Source of the DNA: an uncultured Alphaproteobacteria bacterium
GTDB taxonomy: Bacteria > Pseudomonadota > Alphaproteobacteria > RF32 > CAG-239
Length of the DNA: 64,000 nt
Reading direction: 5' to 3'
NCBI GenBank assembly: GCA_944390885.1
Contig: CALXRP010000007.1
Coordinates: 8,756 to 72,755, forward strand
In this document: in pieces, positions 44,085-53,792 of the stretch
How positions within the stretch are numbered: the first letter of the stretch is position 1
How the letters are laid out: each line of letters begins with the position of its first letter
Notes under the pieces: model-generated
Seen by the model: the letters and a program-made list of their open reading frames with translations, nothing else
Told to the model about the DNA's origin: nothing
Database searches by the model: none
Made by a program: the position numbers and the translations under genes

Positions 44085-46277
44085 ATGGAAAATTTATTAT
44101 CTAAAGAAGAAATGGAAGCGGTTATAACCGGCAATCACGGCAATGTTTTTGCCGTTTTGGGCATCCACAAAGACAAGGGCAGCAAAGAGGTTTTTATCCG
44201 CACATATCAGCCGCATGCCAAGTCGGTTGAACTGCTCAAATATGATGATTCCTCGCTCGGATTTTTAACCAAACTTGATGATCGCGGATTTTTCCAAATC
44301 AATGTCGGAGCTGTTGATAATTTTCCATATCGCTTTCGTATTGAAAACGACCTCGGACAGTTTTACCTCAAAGAAGATGAATACAGATTCCCTTCTGTTT
44401 TAGGCGATATTGACGTCTATCTTCTGGCAGAAGGCAACCACCTCGAAATGTATAAAAAACTCGGCGCCCATGTCATGGAAATGGACGGCGTCAAAGGTGT
44501 CGGATTCGCTGTCTGGGCACCGAACGCCAAGCGTGTCAGCGTTGTCGGCGGTTTTAACAATTGGGACGGCCGTGCCCATGTTATGCGTAAACATCCGACC
44601 TGCGGCGTCTGGGATATTTTTATCCCCGGCCTCAAAGAAGGCGAGCTTTATAAATACGAGGTCAAAACGCAGGAAGACTATATTCTGGTCAAATCTGATC
44701 CGGTAGCTTTCTGGTCTGAAAAACGCCCGAATACCGCTTCGGTTGTTTATGAGTCAAAGTATCATTGGAATGATGACGGCTGGATGAACTATCGCGAAGA
44801 GCACAACAGTTTTGACAAGCCGATGTCAATTTACGAGGTTCACCTCGGTTCATGGCGCCGCAAAGACGGCAACGAATTTTTGACCTACCGCGAATTGGCG
44901 GATACTTTGGTGCCCTATGTCAGCAATATGGGCTTTACCCATGTCGAGTTTATGCCGTTGACGGAGCATCCGTTGGATTCTTCCTGGGGCTATCAGGTTG
45001 TCGGAATGTTTTCGCCGACCAGCCGTTTCGGCACACCGGACGACCTGCGTTATTTGATTGATAAATTCCACGAGGCAAACATTGCCGTAATTATGGACTG
45101 GGTTCCGGCGCATTTTCCGAAAGACGGCCACGGATTAAACGAGTTTGACGGCACGCATTTGTATGAACACGCCGACCCGCGCAAAGGCGAACATTCCGAC
45201 TGGGGAACAAAAATTTATAACTACGGCCGGACAGAAGTTTGCAACTTCTTGTGCGCAAGCGCGTTGTACTGGCTCAAGGAATTTCATATCGACGGACTGC
45301 GCGTTGATGCCGTTGCCTCAATGCTGTATCTGGATTATTCCCGTAAAAACGGCGAATGGATTCCCAACATTTACGGCGGCAACGAGAACCTAGAAGCCAT
45401 CTCTTTCCTGCGCCGGATGAACGAGTTGGTTTATGGTCAGAACAAAGGGGCGTTTACCTGCGCCGAAGAGTCCACTGCCTGGCCGATGGTTTCCCGCCCG
45501 ACAACAATGGGCGGTCTCGGTTTCGGATACAAATGGAATATGGGCTGGATGAACGATACCTTGAAATATATGAGCAAAGACCCGATATATAGAAGGTTCC
45601 ACCACGGAATGCTGACATTTGGTCTGCTTTATGCCTTTAATGAAAATTTCATCCTGCCGATTTCGCATGACGAGGTTGTTCACGGCAAAGGTTCTATGTT
45701 GTCCAAAATGCCGGGTGATGAATGGCAGAAGTTTGCCAACCTGAGAGCATATTACGGCTTTATGTATACCCACCCGGGTAAAAAGCTTTTGTTTATGGGT
45801 TGCGAGTTTGGCCAGGATTGGGAATGGAACTCGGAAGAGAGCCTGCGGTGGCATCTGCTGCAATATCCGATGTATAAGGGAATGCAAAATTGCGTCCGCG
45901 ATTTGAACTATATGTACAAAGGCAATCCGGCCTTTTATGAGGTTGATTTTGACTATCGCGGTTTTGAGTGGATTGATCACAGCAATGCCGACGACAGTGT
46001 AATTTCTTATATGCGCAAAGGCTCAACGCCCGGCGACTATATGATCGTTATCTGCAACTTCACGCCGGTTGTCCGGCATGATTTCCGCGTCGGTGTCCAT
46101 GAGCGGATAAAATATCAGGAAATCTTTAACAGCGACGATGTCAATTACTGGGGCAGCGGCGTCAAGAACGAGGGCTTTATGCAGGCGAGCGACATTCCGG
46201 CCAACGGCAAAGAATATTCGATTGAAGTCGTGCTGCCGGCCTTGTCGACAATCGTTATCAAACCGATAAGAGAATAA
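44085..46277 (+). CDS. glgB: 1,4-alpha-glucan branching enzyme
   Basis: 730 aa with GH13 motifs (DWVPAHF, GLRVDAVASM, AEESTAWP, LPISHDEVVHGK) and GlgB-like sequence throughout. Confidence 0.95.
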   Translation: MENLLSKEEMEAVITGNHGNVFAVLGIHKDKGSKEVFIRTYQPHAKSVELLKYDDSSLGFLTKLDDRGFFQINVGAVDNFPYRFRIENDLGQFYLKEDEYRFPSVLGDIDVYLLAEGNHLEMYKKLGAHVMEMDGVKGVGFAVWAPNAKRVSVVGGFNNWDGRAHVMRKHPTCGVWDIFIPGLKEGELYKYEVKTQEDYILVKSDPVAFWSEKRPNTASVVYESKYHWNDDGWMNYREEHNSFDKPMSIYEVHLGSWRRKDGNEFLTYRELADTLVPYVSNMGFTHVEFMPLTEHPLDSSWGYQVVGMFSPTSRFGTPDDLRYLIDKFHEANIAVIMDWVPAHFPKDGHGLNEFDGTHLYEHADPRKGEHSDWGTKIYNYGRTEVCNFLCASALYWLKEFHIDGLRVDAVASMLYLDYSRKNGEWIPNIYGGNENLEAISFLRRMNELVYGQNKGAFTCAEESTAWPMVSRPTTMGGLGFGYKWNMGWMNDTLKYMSKDPIYRRFHHGMLTFGLLYAFNENFILPISHDEVVHGKGSMLSKMPGDEWQKFANLRAYYGFMYTHPGKKLLFMGCEFGQDWEWNSEESLRWHLLQYPMYKGMQNCVRDLNYMYKGNPAFYEVDFDYRGFEWIDHSNADDSVISYMRKGSTPGDYMIVICNFTPVVRHDFRVGVHERIKYQEIFNSDDVNYWGSGVKNEGFMQASDIPANGKEYSIEVVLPALSTIVIKPIRE

Positions 46278-46301
46278 TCTTATCCGAAAGGAGAAAACAT
46301 A

Positions 46302-48380
46302 ATGGTAAAAATTCATCCCCGCGACGGCAGCCCCTATCCTTTAGGCGCGCATTATGACGGCGAAGGGGTGAGTTTTTCCCTGTTTTCAGCCAATGCCGAA
46401 AAGGTGGAACTCTGCCTTTTTAATGATGCCGGAACGGAGGAAACCGCCCGCTTTGCCATTTTGGAAAATGACAATAATATCTGGCATATTTATCTTCCGG
46501 GCATCAAACCGGGACAGGTTTATGGCTATCGTGTTTACGGGCCGTACAAACCATTGGAAGGACACCGTTTTAATCCGAACAAATTGTTGATCGACCCTTA
46601 CGGCCGCCGCCTGACCGGAAAATTAATCTGGAATAAGGCCATCTTCGGTTATGACGTTGACAGCCCGCAAAAAGACTTGTCTTTCAGCCCGCTCGACAGC
46701 GCGCCTTATGTGCCGAAATCCGTAGTAACGCAAGACGACTTCGACTGGGAGGATGATACTCCGCCGAACCATAAATTTGAAACCTCGGTAATTTATGAAA
46801 CGCATTTAAAAGGCTATACCAAACTGCACCCGCAAATCCCGGATAAAAAGCGTGGCACTTTTGCCGGGATGACCGAGAATGTTGTCATCAGCTATTTGAA
46901 ATGGCTGGGAATTACGGCGGTAGAATTTTTGCCGTTGCACGCTTTCTTTGGCAATCGGCATAAAAAAGGCTATATCAAAGACAATTACTGGGGCTACGAG
47001 AGCTATAGCTTTTTTGCGCCGGAACAAACATATCTTTACTCTCATAATCTGAACGAGATTAAGCAGCTGGTCAAAACGCTGCACCAAAACGGCATTGAAG
47101 TTCTGATGGATGTGGTGTTTAATCATACCGGCGAGGGCAACCAGCTTGGGCCGACTTTGTGCTATCGCGGTATTGATAATGCCAGTTATTATACGCTGCA
47201 GCAGGAAAACAAACGTTACTATTATGACAGCACTGGCTGCGGGGCTTCGTTTAATATTCAGAACCCGCAAGTGTTGAAACTGGTTATGGATTCCCTCCGC
47301 TATTGGGTAGAGGAGTTTCACGTTGACGGTTTCCGCTTTGATCTTGCGCCGACACTCTGCCGCTATAAAACGACGGTAAGTTCGCATTGCGGATTTTTAT
47401 ATGCCGTCGCGCAGGATCCCGTTTTGAAAAAAGTCAAATTGATTGCCGAACCGTGGGATGTCGGTATCGGCGGTTATCAGGTCGGAGCATTTCCTCCGGG
47501 CTGGGCGGAATGGAATGACAAATACCGCGATGTCATCCGCCGTTTCTGGAAAGGCGACAAATATCAGATTGGCGAGCTGGCCAGCCGGCTTGCAGGTTCA
47601 AGTGATGTCTTTAGTCATAATAACCGCGATATCTGGAGCAGCGTCAATTTTATAACCGCACATGATGGTTTCTGCCTGCGTGACTTGGTCAGCTATAATC
47701 ATAAGCACAACGAAGCCAATGGAGAAGATAACCGCGACGGAACGGATTCCAACTGGAGCTGGAATTCCGGGCAGGAGGGCGAAACCGCCAACCAGACTAT
47801 TCGGGCAAACCGCTATGCCAGAGCCAAAGCCATGTTGGCAACACTGCTTTTGTCCTTTGGCACGCCGATGATGGTTGCCGGTGATGAATTTGCCCATACC
47901 CAGATGGGAAACAATAACCCCTATTGCCAGGACAATGCCATCACCTGGATAACCTGGGAGGGGATAAGCAAACGCGGCAAAGAGCTTGCCAAATTCACCC
48001 GCCGGCTGATAAAGCTGCGCCGCCGCCTGAGTATTTTCCTGCGCCGCAAATTCTTTAAAGGCGAACCGGTAGACGGCAGCAAAATCAAAGACCTGACCTG
48101 GTATACCGAAAAGGGAGAAGAATTTTCGGTTGCCGACTGGCAGATGCCTGACCGCCGTTTTCTGGCTTACAGCATTTATGACGGAACAAGTTACATTTTC
48201 TGTATCTTAAACGCCGGCTCATCGGAGATAGAATGGAAACTGCCTAATTTGGACAACAAGCTGAAATGGCAGCTTCTGCTCGACAGCTCAGACAAATTTA
48301 ATGCCCGGACAGACATTAAATCCAAAAAAGTTATCACCGTTCCGGCCTGGAGCGTATTGCTTTTTGAAATCAAAAAATAG
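46302..48380 (+). CDS. glgX: glycogen debranching enzyme
   Basis: 692 aa with GH13 motifs (DVVFNHT, GFRFDLA, AEPWD, FITAHDGF) and a GlgX-type N-terminus (GAHYDGEGVSFSLFS). Confidence 0.9.
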   Translation: MVKIHPRDGSPYPLGAHYDGEGVSFSLFSANAEKVELCLFNDAGTEETARFAILENDNNIWHIYLPGIKPGQVYGYRVYGPYKPLEGHRFNPNKLLIDPYGRRLTGKLIWNKAIFGYDVDSPQKDLSFSPLDSAPYVPKSVVTQDDFDWEDDTPPNHKFETSVIYETHLKGYTKLHPQIPDKKRGTFAGMTENVVISYLKWLGITAVEFLPLHAFFGNRHKKGYIKDNYWGYESYSFFAPEQTYLYSHNLNEIKQLVKTLHQNGIEVLMDVVFNHTGEGNQLGPTLCYRGIDNASYYTLQQENKRYYYDSTGCGASFNIQNPQVLKLVMDSLRYWVEEFHVDGFRFDLAPTLCRYKTTVSSHCGFLYAVAQDPVLKKVKLIAEPWDVGIGGYQVGAFPPGWAEWNDKYRDVIRRFWKGDKYQIGELASRLAGSSDVFSHNNRDIWSSVNFITAHDGFCLRDLVSYNHKHNEANGEDNRDGTDSNWSWNSGQEGETANQTIRANRYARAKAMLATLLLSFGTPMMVAGDEFAHTQMGNNNPYCQDNAITWITWEGISKRGKELAKFTRRLIKLRRRLSIFLRRKFFKGEPVDGSKIKDLTWYTEKGEEFSVADWQMPDRRFLAYSIYDGTSYIFCILNAGSSEIEWKLPNLDNKLKWQLLLDSSDKFNARTDIKSKKVITVPAWSVLLFEIKK

Positions 48381-48388
48381 GAGGGATC

Positions 48389-50533
48389 ATGCAGGACAAT
48401 CTTCAACAGCTGGCTGACAAATTGGGGATTCTGACCAAATTTAGCGACGCGGGCATTTGCAAAAAAGACTATTACCCTCCCGAGAGCGTCATCCGCTTTT
48501 TTGCCGAGAGTTTCGGATATAAGGCCGGCAGCGATGCCGAAATCAATGCCTCTTTGGAAAAAATCGGACGCAAACGCTGGCAAAAAGCTCTAGAAAATAT
48601 ATATGTCTGCGAGCAGGGCAGCATCAGGCTGGATATTGTCGTTCCGGTTCCGACAAGCATAGATAATGCCCGGATTAACTTAAAATACCAAAATACTGAA
48701 AGCGAGTTTTCCATTCCGCTGGATGTTGTCATCACCGGAGAAGAAAGAGAAATCGGCAAAACGGTATACAGCCGTCTGGAATTGCTGTTAAAAGCCGATT
48801 TGGAGGTTGGGTATTACGATGCCGAAGTCAGCCTCGGCGGCAAAAAATACAAAACAACCCTGGCCGTTGCCCCGCAGCATTGTTATCATAACGAGGCTTT
48901 GGAAAAAAACAAACTCTGGGGGTTTGCCGTTCAGCTGTATTCGATCAGAAGCGAGCGCAACTGGGGTGTCGGCGACTTTACCGATTTAAAAAATCTGGTC
49001 TGGATTGCTTCCCGCGCCGGTGCAGACATCATCGGTCTGAACCCGCTGAACGTTTTATCGCATGATTACCCGGAGAATTGCAGCCCGTATTGTGCAATCA
49101 GCCGTTTGTTCTTAAACCCGATATACATTGACATTGAGCAGGTTCCCGAGTTTAACCCGGAAGATATTGCCGTCCTGCAGGGTGAAATCGCCGGCCTGCG
49201 CAATGCCGAGCTGATAGATTACCCTGGTGTTTATAATTTGAAAATCCGCTTGCTGGAAAAAATGTATGACCGTTTGTTAAAAGACAAAAAATCGGCAAGA
49301 ATGGCGGAGTTCAAAACCTTTTGCAAAGAGCAGGGAACGGAATTGGAGCGCCTGGCCGTATATCAGGCTTTGTACGAAGAAAAGACCAAAACGGTCTGGG
49401 GCGGATGGAAAGCCTGGGATGAAAAATTACGCAACCCGAATTCTCTGGCCGTTAAAGAATTTGCCAAAGAGCACGAGAAACGCGTCGGCTTTTTCAAATA
49501 TCTGCAGTTTGAGGCTGCCCGCCAGTATGATGAAGTTGCCAAAGCGGTCAAAGATGCCGGTTTGAAAGTCGGCTTGTATCGCGATCTCGCTGTCGGTGTC
49601 GGACAAGACAGCGCCGAACTCTGGAGCAATTATGAGGCTTATGTCAAAGATGCCGGAGCCGGTGCGCCGCCTGATGCTTTGTTTGTTCAGGGGCAGAAAT
49701 GGGGCTTGGGCGCGTTCAATCCTTATACCTTAAAAGAGCAGGGTTATGAGCCTTTTATCAAAATCCTGCGGGCCAATATGCACGGTGCCGGAGCCATCCG
49801 GGTAGACCACGTTATGTGCCTGATGAGGCTGTACATTGTGCCGAATAATGAAGATATGGGCACCTATATTATGTATAACTTTGCCGATATGATGAACATT
49901 CTGGCAATAGAAAGTTACTTAAACCGCTGCGTTGTGGTCGGAGAGAGCATCGGCAATGTTCCGGAAGGCTTTATTGAGGCGATAGAAAGCAAAAACATCA
50001 AATCCTTAACGGTATTGTGGGAAGAACGCGAATGCGGCGTCGGTGACTTCAAAGCGCCGTCGTCTTATCCGGAAAATGCCTTTGCCTCGGTCGGAACGCA
50101 TGATATGCCGCCGCTCAGGATGTGGTGGTTCGGCTATGATATTGAAGAACGCTTCCGTGTCGGAATTGTACCGGATGAAGAAACCAAAGCCAGAGATTAT
50201 CATGCCCGCGAGCTGGATCGTTGGAAATTGCTGTTTGCATTAGACAGCAACGGTGTCTGGCCGGAAGACAACCTGCGCAAAAACAATTACATTTACGGCG
50301 AGGCCTACCCGGAAGGAATTGAAGAAGCCGTGCACCGTTTTGTTTCGCGCAGTGCGTCAAAAGTCTTTCTGGCGGAATTGGAAAACATTCTGCATGTTGA
50401 AAAAATGCAGAACCTGCCGGGTACTTTCCGCGAATGTCCGAACTGGCGGCGCAAACTTCCGGTACCCCTTGAACGTCTTGAAAGCGACATCGCTTATATC
50501 CGCAATATTAATGCAATAAAACGGGAGAGATAA
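48389..50533 (+). CDS. malQ: 4-alpha-glucanotransferase (amylomaltase, long form)
   Basis: 714 aa with GH77 signatures (WGVGDFTDL, IRVDHVMCL, GTHDMPP). Confidence 0.9.
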   Translation: MQDNLQQLADKLGILTKFSDAGICKKDYYPPESVIRFFAESFGYKAGSDAEINASLEKIGRKRWQKALENIYVCEQGSIRLDIVVPVPTSIDNARINLKYQNTESEFSIPLDVVITGEEREIGKTVYSRLELLLKADLEVGYYDAEVSLGGKKYKTTLAVAPQHCYHNEALEKNKLWGFAVQLYSIRSERNWGVGDFTDLKNLVWIASRAGADIIGLNPLNVLSHDYPENCSPYCAISRLFLNPIYIDIEQVPEFNPEDIAVLQGEIAGLRNAELIDYPGVYNLKIRLLEKMYDRLLKDKKSARMAEFKTFCKEQGTELERLAVYQALYEEKTKTVWGGWKAWDEKLRNPNSLAVKEFAKEHEKRVGFFKYLQFEAARQYDEVAKAVKDAGLKVGLYRDLAVGVGQDSAELWSNYEAYVKDAGAGAPPDALFVQGQKWGLGAFNPYTLKEQGYEPFIKILRANMHGAGAIRVDHVMCLMRLYIVPNNEDMGTYIMYNFADMMNILAIESYLNRCVVVGESIGNVPEGFIEAIESKNIKSLTVLWEERECGVGDFKAPSSYPENAFASVGTHDMPPLRMWWFGYDIEERFRVGIVPDEETKARDYHARELDRWKLLFALDSNGVWPEDNLRKNNYIYGEAYPEGIEEAVHRFVSRSASKVFLAELENILHVEKMQNLPGTFRECPNWRRKLPVPLERLESDIAYIRNINAIKRER

Positions 50534-50574
50534 AAAAAGGCTCTGATAGATGCAAAATCATCAGAGCCTTTTTT

Positions 50575-51216
50575 TTAATAAAGTTTTCCTCCGGCAATAA
50601 TAGTCTGTTGTGCAATGTGAGCCGGCAGTTTTCCTGCATAAAAGATTGTTTGAAAACGATTAAGTTTTAGAATCTCGTCATAAGATTCGGCAATCTTATC
50701 ATAAGGAATAAAAATCTCAAATCCCACAACCTTATCGGCCAATTCTATCGGCATTTGCCTCAAAACTTCTTCTGCTGTCGGATTAGGAAAAGGCCTGCAA
50801 CTGGAACGATGATATGTCGTAATTTCCAATACCTTGCATAAACCGTAAATATCCAAAGCAACCGGAACGGGAGCATAATTAAAAGATGCTTCAATAATGT
50901 CCACCGGCTCAGCCCAATATAATTCCGAACCCGGATTTTCATCAGGTCCGCCGAAATAACATACTTTTCCGTTTTTATCAACTCTGACCAATGGTCTGAT
51001 CCGTCTGGCCAAAGAAATAAGATCAAGAGAAGTATTGGTCATCAGAGCATCATAACTACTCATAATATCGACCTTGTGCCTGGCAGTTTCCTCATCAATA
51101 TCAAACCGCTTTTGCAAATAAATAATTTTATCCTGTGTGTTCATATTATAAAAATTTAAATGATACAATAATAACTTATAGGCTAAACAGTCTAATAAGC
51201 TGGTTTCAAAAGTCAA
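50575..51216 (-). CDS. hypothetical protein
   Basis: A 213-aa ORF. The likelier start is M25 (MNTQDK, 51144). No family recognised. Confidence 0.45.
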   Translation of the reverse strand: MTFETSLLDCLAYKLLLYHLNFYNMNTQDKIIYLQKRFDIDEETARHKVDIMSSYDALMTNTSLDLISLARRIRPLVRVDKNGKVCYFGGPDENPGSELYWAEPVDIIEASFNYAPVPVALDIYGLCKVLEITTYHRSSCRPFPNPTAEEVLRQMPIELADKVVGFEIFIPYDKIAESYDEILKLNRFQTIFYAGKLPAHIAQQTIIAGGKLY

Positions 51217-51253
51217 GAAAATATTTCAGCGGAAAACAACATGATAATCAAGG

Positions 51254-52555
51254 CTAAAGCTTTTTCTCTTGCGGAGAAATAAGCTCTTTTGCTTTATCCA
51301 TCAACGAATCGTCTTCAGAAATTTTATGAAAAATACGGGTGGTATCCAAGGGAATGGGATAAGTCGGCGACGGGCTGACATAGTTGATTTCCCGCAACAT
51401 AATGTGTTTTAGGCAGAAGACAACAAAAATTCCGGCAGTCACGGCATAAGCGCCGACAAAGCTTATAGGTCCCCATTCCTGCATAAAGAAAGAAATGATA
51501 ATCGGACCGAAAATCATGCCGACACTCTGCAGCAAAATCAGCATGCCGCTGGCTTCCACCCGCTCATCATCGGCAATCATATCATTAACGTGCGAAACTG
51601 AGATCGGATAAAGCACAAAAGTTCCAAAGCCCGTGAGCAAAGCGCCGACAATTAAAGGAACTGTTCCGGAGTTGATAAAAAAATGTACCCAGGGCACAAC
51701 CAAAAACAAAAAACCGCCAACAAACAGCATAACCAGCCGCCGGTCAAAATAATCCGAAAGTTTGCCGATAGGGAGTTGGATAGCCATACCGCCGAACACA
51801 CCGAAAAACATAAATAAAGATGTGTCTTCCAAAGAAAGTTTCATTTGGTGAGCATAAATCGCGCCGAGAATATAAAAAGCCCCGACAAAAACGCCGCTGG
51901 TCAAACAACCGATAACCCCGACCGGCGTTTTTTTATAAAGGGCAATCAGCGACATGTTTTTATGTACGGTGATTGCAGGGGTTGGCAGGGCGGTCAGTGA
52001 AATCGGTACCAGGGCAACCGAAAGCAGGACGGAAACGGTAATATAAATTGCCACGCCGCTCGGATCGGGGATATTCAAAAGCAGCTGTCCGGAACTGGCG
52101 CCAAGGTAAGAGCTGATCATATATAAAGACATAATCATCCCGCGGTTGGCATTTGTTGCCCGGGCGTTAAGCCAGCTTTCCAGACACATAAAAGCCGAAC
52201 CGATGCAATAACCTTCCAAAAAGCGCAATGCGCCCCAGAAATATAAATTCTGTGAAAAAAAGTGCAAAAGGACAATCCCGGAAAAAAGAGAAATATAGGT
52301 TGAAAAAGCCCGAATATGTCCGACCTTATTAATGATGTGATAAGAGGTGACCGAAGCCGCAATATATCCGGTATAATACATTGCCAGAATAATACCGGCG
52401 GCAAAAGTGTTATTGCTGTTTTCGGCCAGGCGAAGAGCCAACGTCGAACTCAAAAGCCCGTAAGCGCAACAGGTTAGCACTGTTCCGAAAAAGAAAGCCG
52501 TCAGCGGAGAAACGATTTTTTCCAACGATTTAAAATGTTCAAGCATACTATTCAT
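51254..52555 (-). CDS. MFS transporter
   Basis: 433 aa with about 12 hydrophobic segments and MFS-like loop motifs. Confidence 0.8.
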   Translation of the reverse strand: MNSMLEHFKSLEKIVSPLTAFFFGTVLTCCAYGLLSSTLALRLAENSNNTFAAGIILAMYYTGYIAASVTSYHIINKVGHIRAFSTYISLFSGIVLLHFFSQNLYFWGALRFLEGYCIGSAFMCLESWLNARATNANRGMIMSLYMISSYLGASSGQLLLNIPDPSGVAIYITVSVLLSVALVPISLTALPTPAITVHKNMSLIALYKKTPVGVIGCLTSGVFVGAFYILGAIYAHQMKLSLEDTSLFMFFGVFGGMAIQLPIGKLSDYFDRRLVMLFVGGFLFLVVPWVHFFINSGTVPLIVGALLTGFGTFVLYPISVSHVNDMIADDERVEASGMLILLQSVGMIFGPIIISFFMQEWGPISFVGAYAVTAGIFVVFCLKHIMLREINYVSPSPTYPIPLDTTRIFHKISEDDSLMDKAKELISPQEKKL

Positions 52556-52668
52556 GGCACAATCCTTGTTTCTGATCTCTTAATCTACAAGATAAAAAAA
52601 TTTTTTCAATAACTTATCTTGCTAATCCTCAGTTCTTAAGTTAAAATCCGCCTCAAAGGAGAATAAAG

Positions 52669-53061
52669 ATGAAAGATGTATCAGCCGGGATTATCATTTG
52701 CAATAAAAAATTGTTGATAGCTCAACGGCGGCACGGCAAAAACCAGGAATATTTATGGGAGTTTCCGGGCGGCAAATTGGAAGAGGGCGAGACGCTGCCC
52801 GAATGCTTAAAAAGAGAAATCAAAGAGGAACTGGACAAAGAAATTGAAGTCGGCGATTTTTTTATGACCTCGGTATATGAATACGAAAACGGCGCCATTC
52901 GCTTAAATGCTTATTTTGCCACAATGAAAGACCGGAAAATTCCGTCGCATGTCGATCATGAACAAGTCAAATGGATAGATTTGAGCGAAATTGACGATTA
53001 TACTTTCGCGCCGGCCGATATTCCGATAAAAGAGGCTTTAAAAAATTTCTTCACCTCATAA
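52669..53061 (+). CDS. mutT: NUDIX hydrolase, MutT-type (8-oxo-dGTP diphosphatase-like)
   Basis: 130 aa with a Nudix box, GGKLEEGETLPECLKREIKEEL, and a MutT-like C-terminus (W..LSEIDDYTFAPADIPI). Confidence 0.8.
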   Translation: MKDVSAGIIICNKKLLIAQRRHGKNQEYLWEFPGGKLEEGETLPECLKREIKEELDKEIEVGDFFMTSVYEYENGAIRLNAYFATMKDRKIPSHVDHEQVKWIDLSEIDDYTFAPADIPIKEALKNFFTS

Positions 53062-53117
53062 TTTTATAATGTTTGATACTCGCTGGACAAAATGAAATAA
53101 AATTTCGAAAAAAAAGG

Positions 53118-53168
53118 TTGAAGCAAGCTGTATTTTGTGATAATATCAAAAATGTAATTAAATTACAT
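53118..53168 (+). promoter_or_regulatory. strong sigma70-like promoter with operator-like palindrome
   Basis: TTGAAG (53118..53123), a 17-nt spacer, then TG-A-TAATAT (extended -10, 53141..53146). It is followed by ATGTAATT-A-AATTACAT (53152..53168). Confidence 0.5.
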
Positions 53169-53376
53169 TGTATATTATTAACAAAACTGAAGAAAGGCAT
53201 TTTTAGCGCTGTTTGTATCAGAATTTATCAGTAAAGCCGGAAAAGTAGTCAACGCAGACGAGCCCGTTAAAATGTGAAGTACAGTAACATTGGGATTTTA
53301 AAAGAAGGTTTGAACATAAACAATTTTACAAATATCTGAAAAAACACTTCTGCAGTTTTATAAATATATAAAAGAT

Positions 53377-53709
53377 ATGACAAAAAATATATCTTGCGTA
53401 GAGTTCGTAAACTGCACACCGCACGCTATCTTGCTTAACGACGGACGGGTTTTTGAGCCCTCCGGCGTTATTGCCAGAGTAAGTGCAAAGACATCTGAGT
53501 TCGATGCCAATGGCATTGCAACCCAGAGCTTTGGTGCGGTAGAGAATCTTCCTGCCCCAAAAGATGGAACGATTTATATCGTTTCCGCGCTTGTTCTGGG
53601 CAGAGCTCAGATTGAGGGCAGAATGGACGTTGTTGCTCCGGCCACGGGGCATAAGGACTGCATCAGAGAGAACGGATTTATCAAATCCGTTCCCGGATTT
53701 GTGCGTTAA
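53377..53709 (+). CDS. hypothetical conserved-looking protein
   Basis: A 110-aa ORF preferred over the antisense 53326..53757 ORF on composition. No family assigned. Confidence 0.5.
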   Translation: MTKNISCVEFVNCTPHAILLNDGRVFEPSGVIARVSAKTSEFDANGIATQSFGAVENLPAPKDGTIYIVSALVLGRAQIEGRMDVVAPATGHKDCIRENGFIKSVPGFVR

Positions 53710-53792
53710 GAATGAACTTCCGAGAAATCGGCATATCGGAAAAAGGAGCTTCTTCAAGCTCCTTTTTTTTTATGACAATATATCTCAAAATT

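Noticed and set aside
45390-45980. A 196-aa minus-strand ORF inside glgB, and 46806..47387 inside glgX.
   Set aside because: Both are antisense to strongly supported GH13 genes and have no independent signals.
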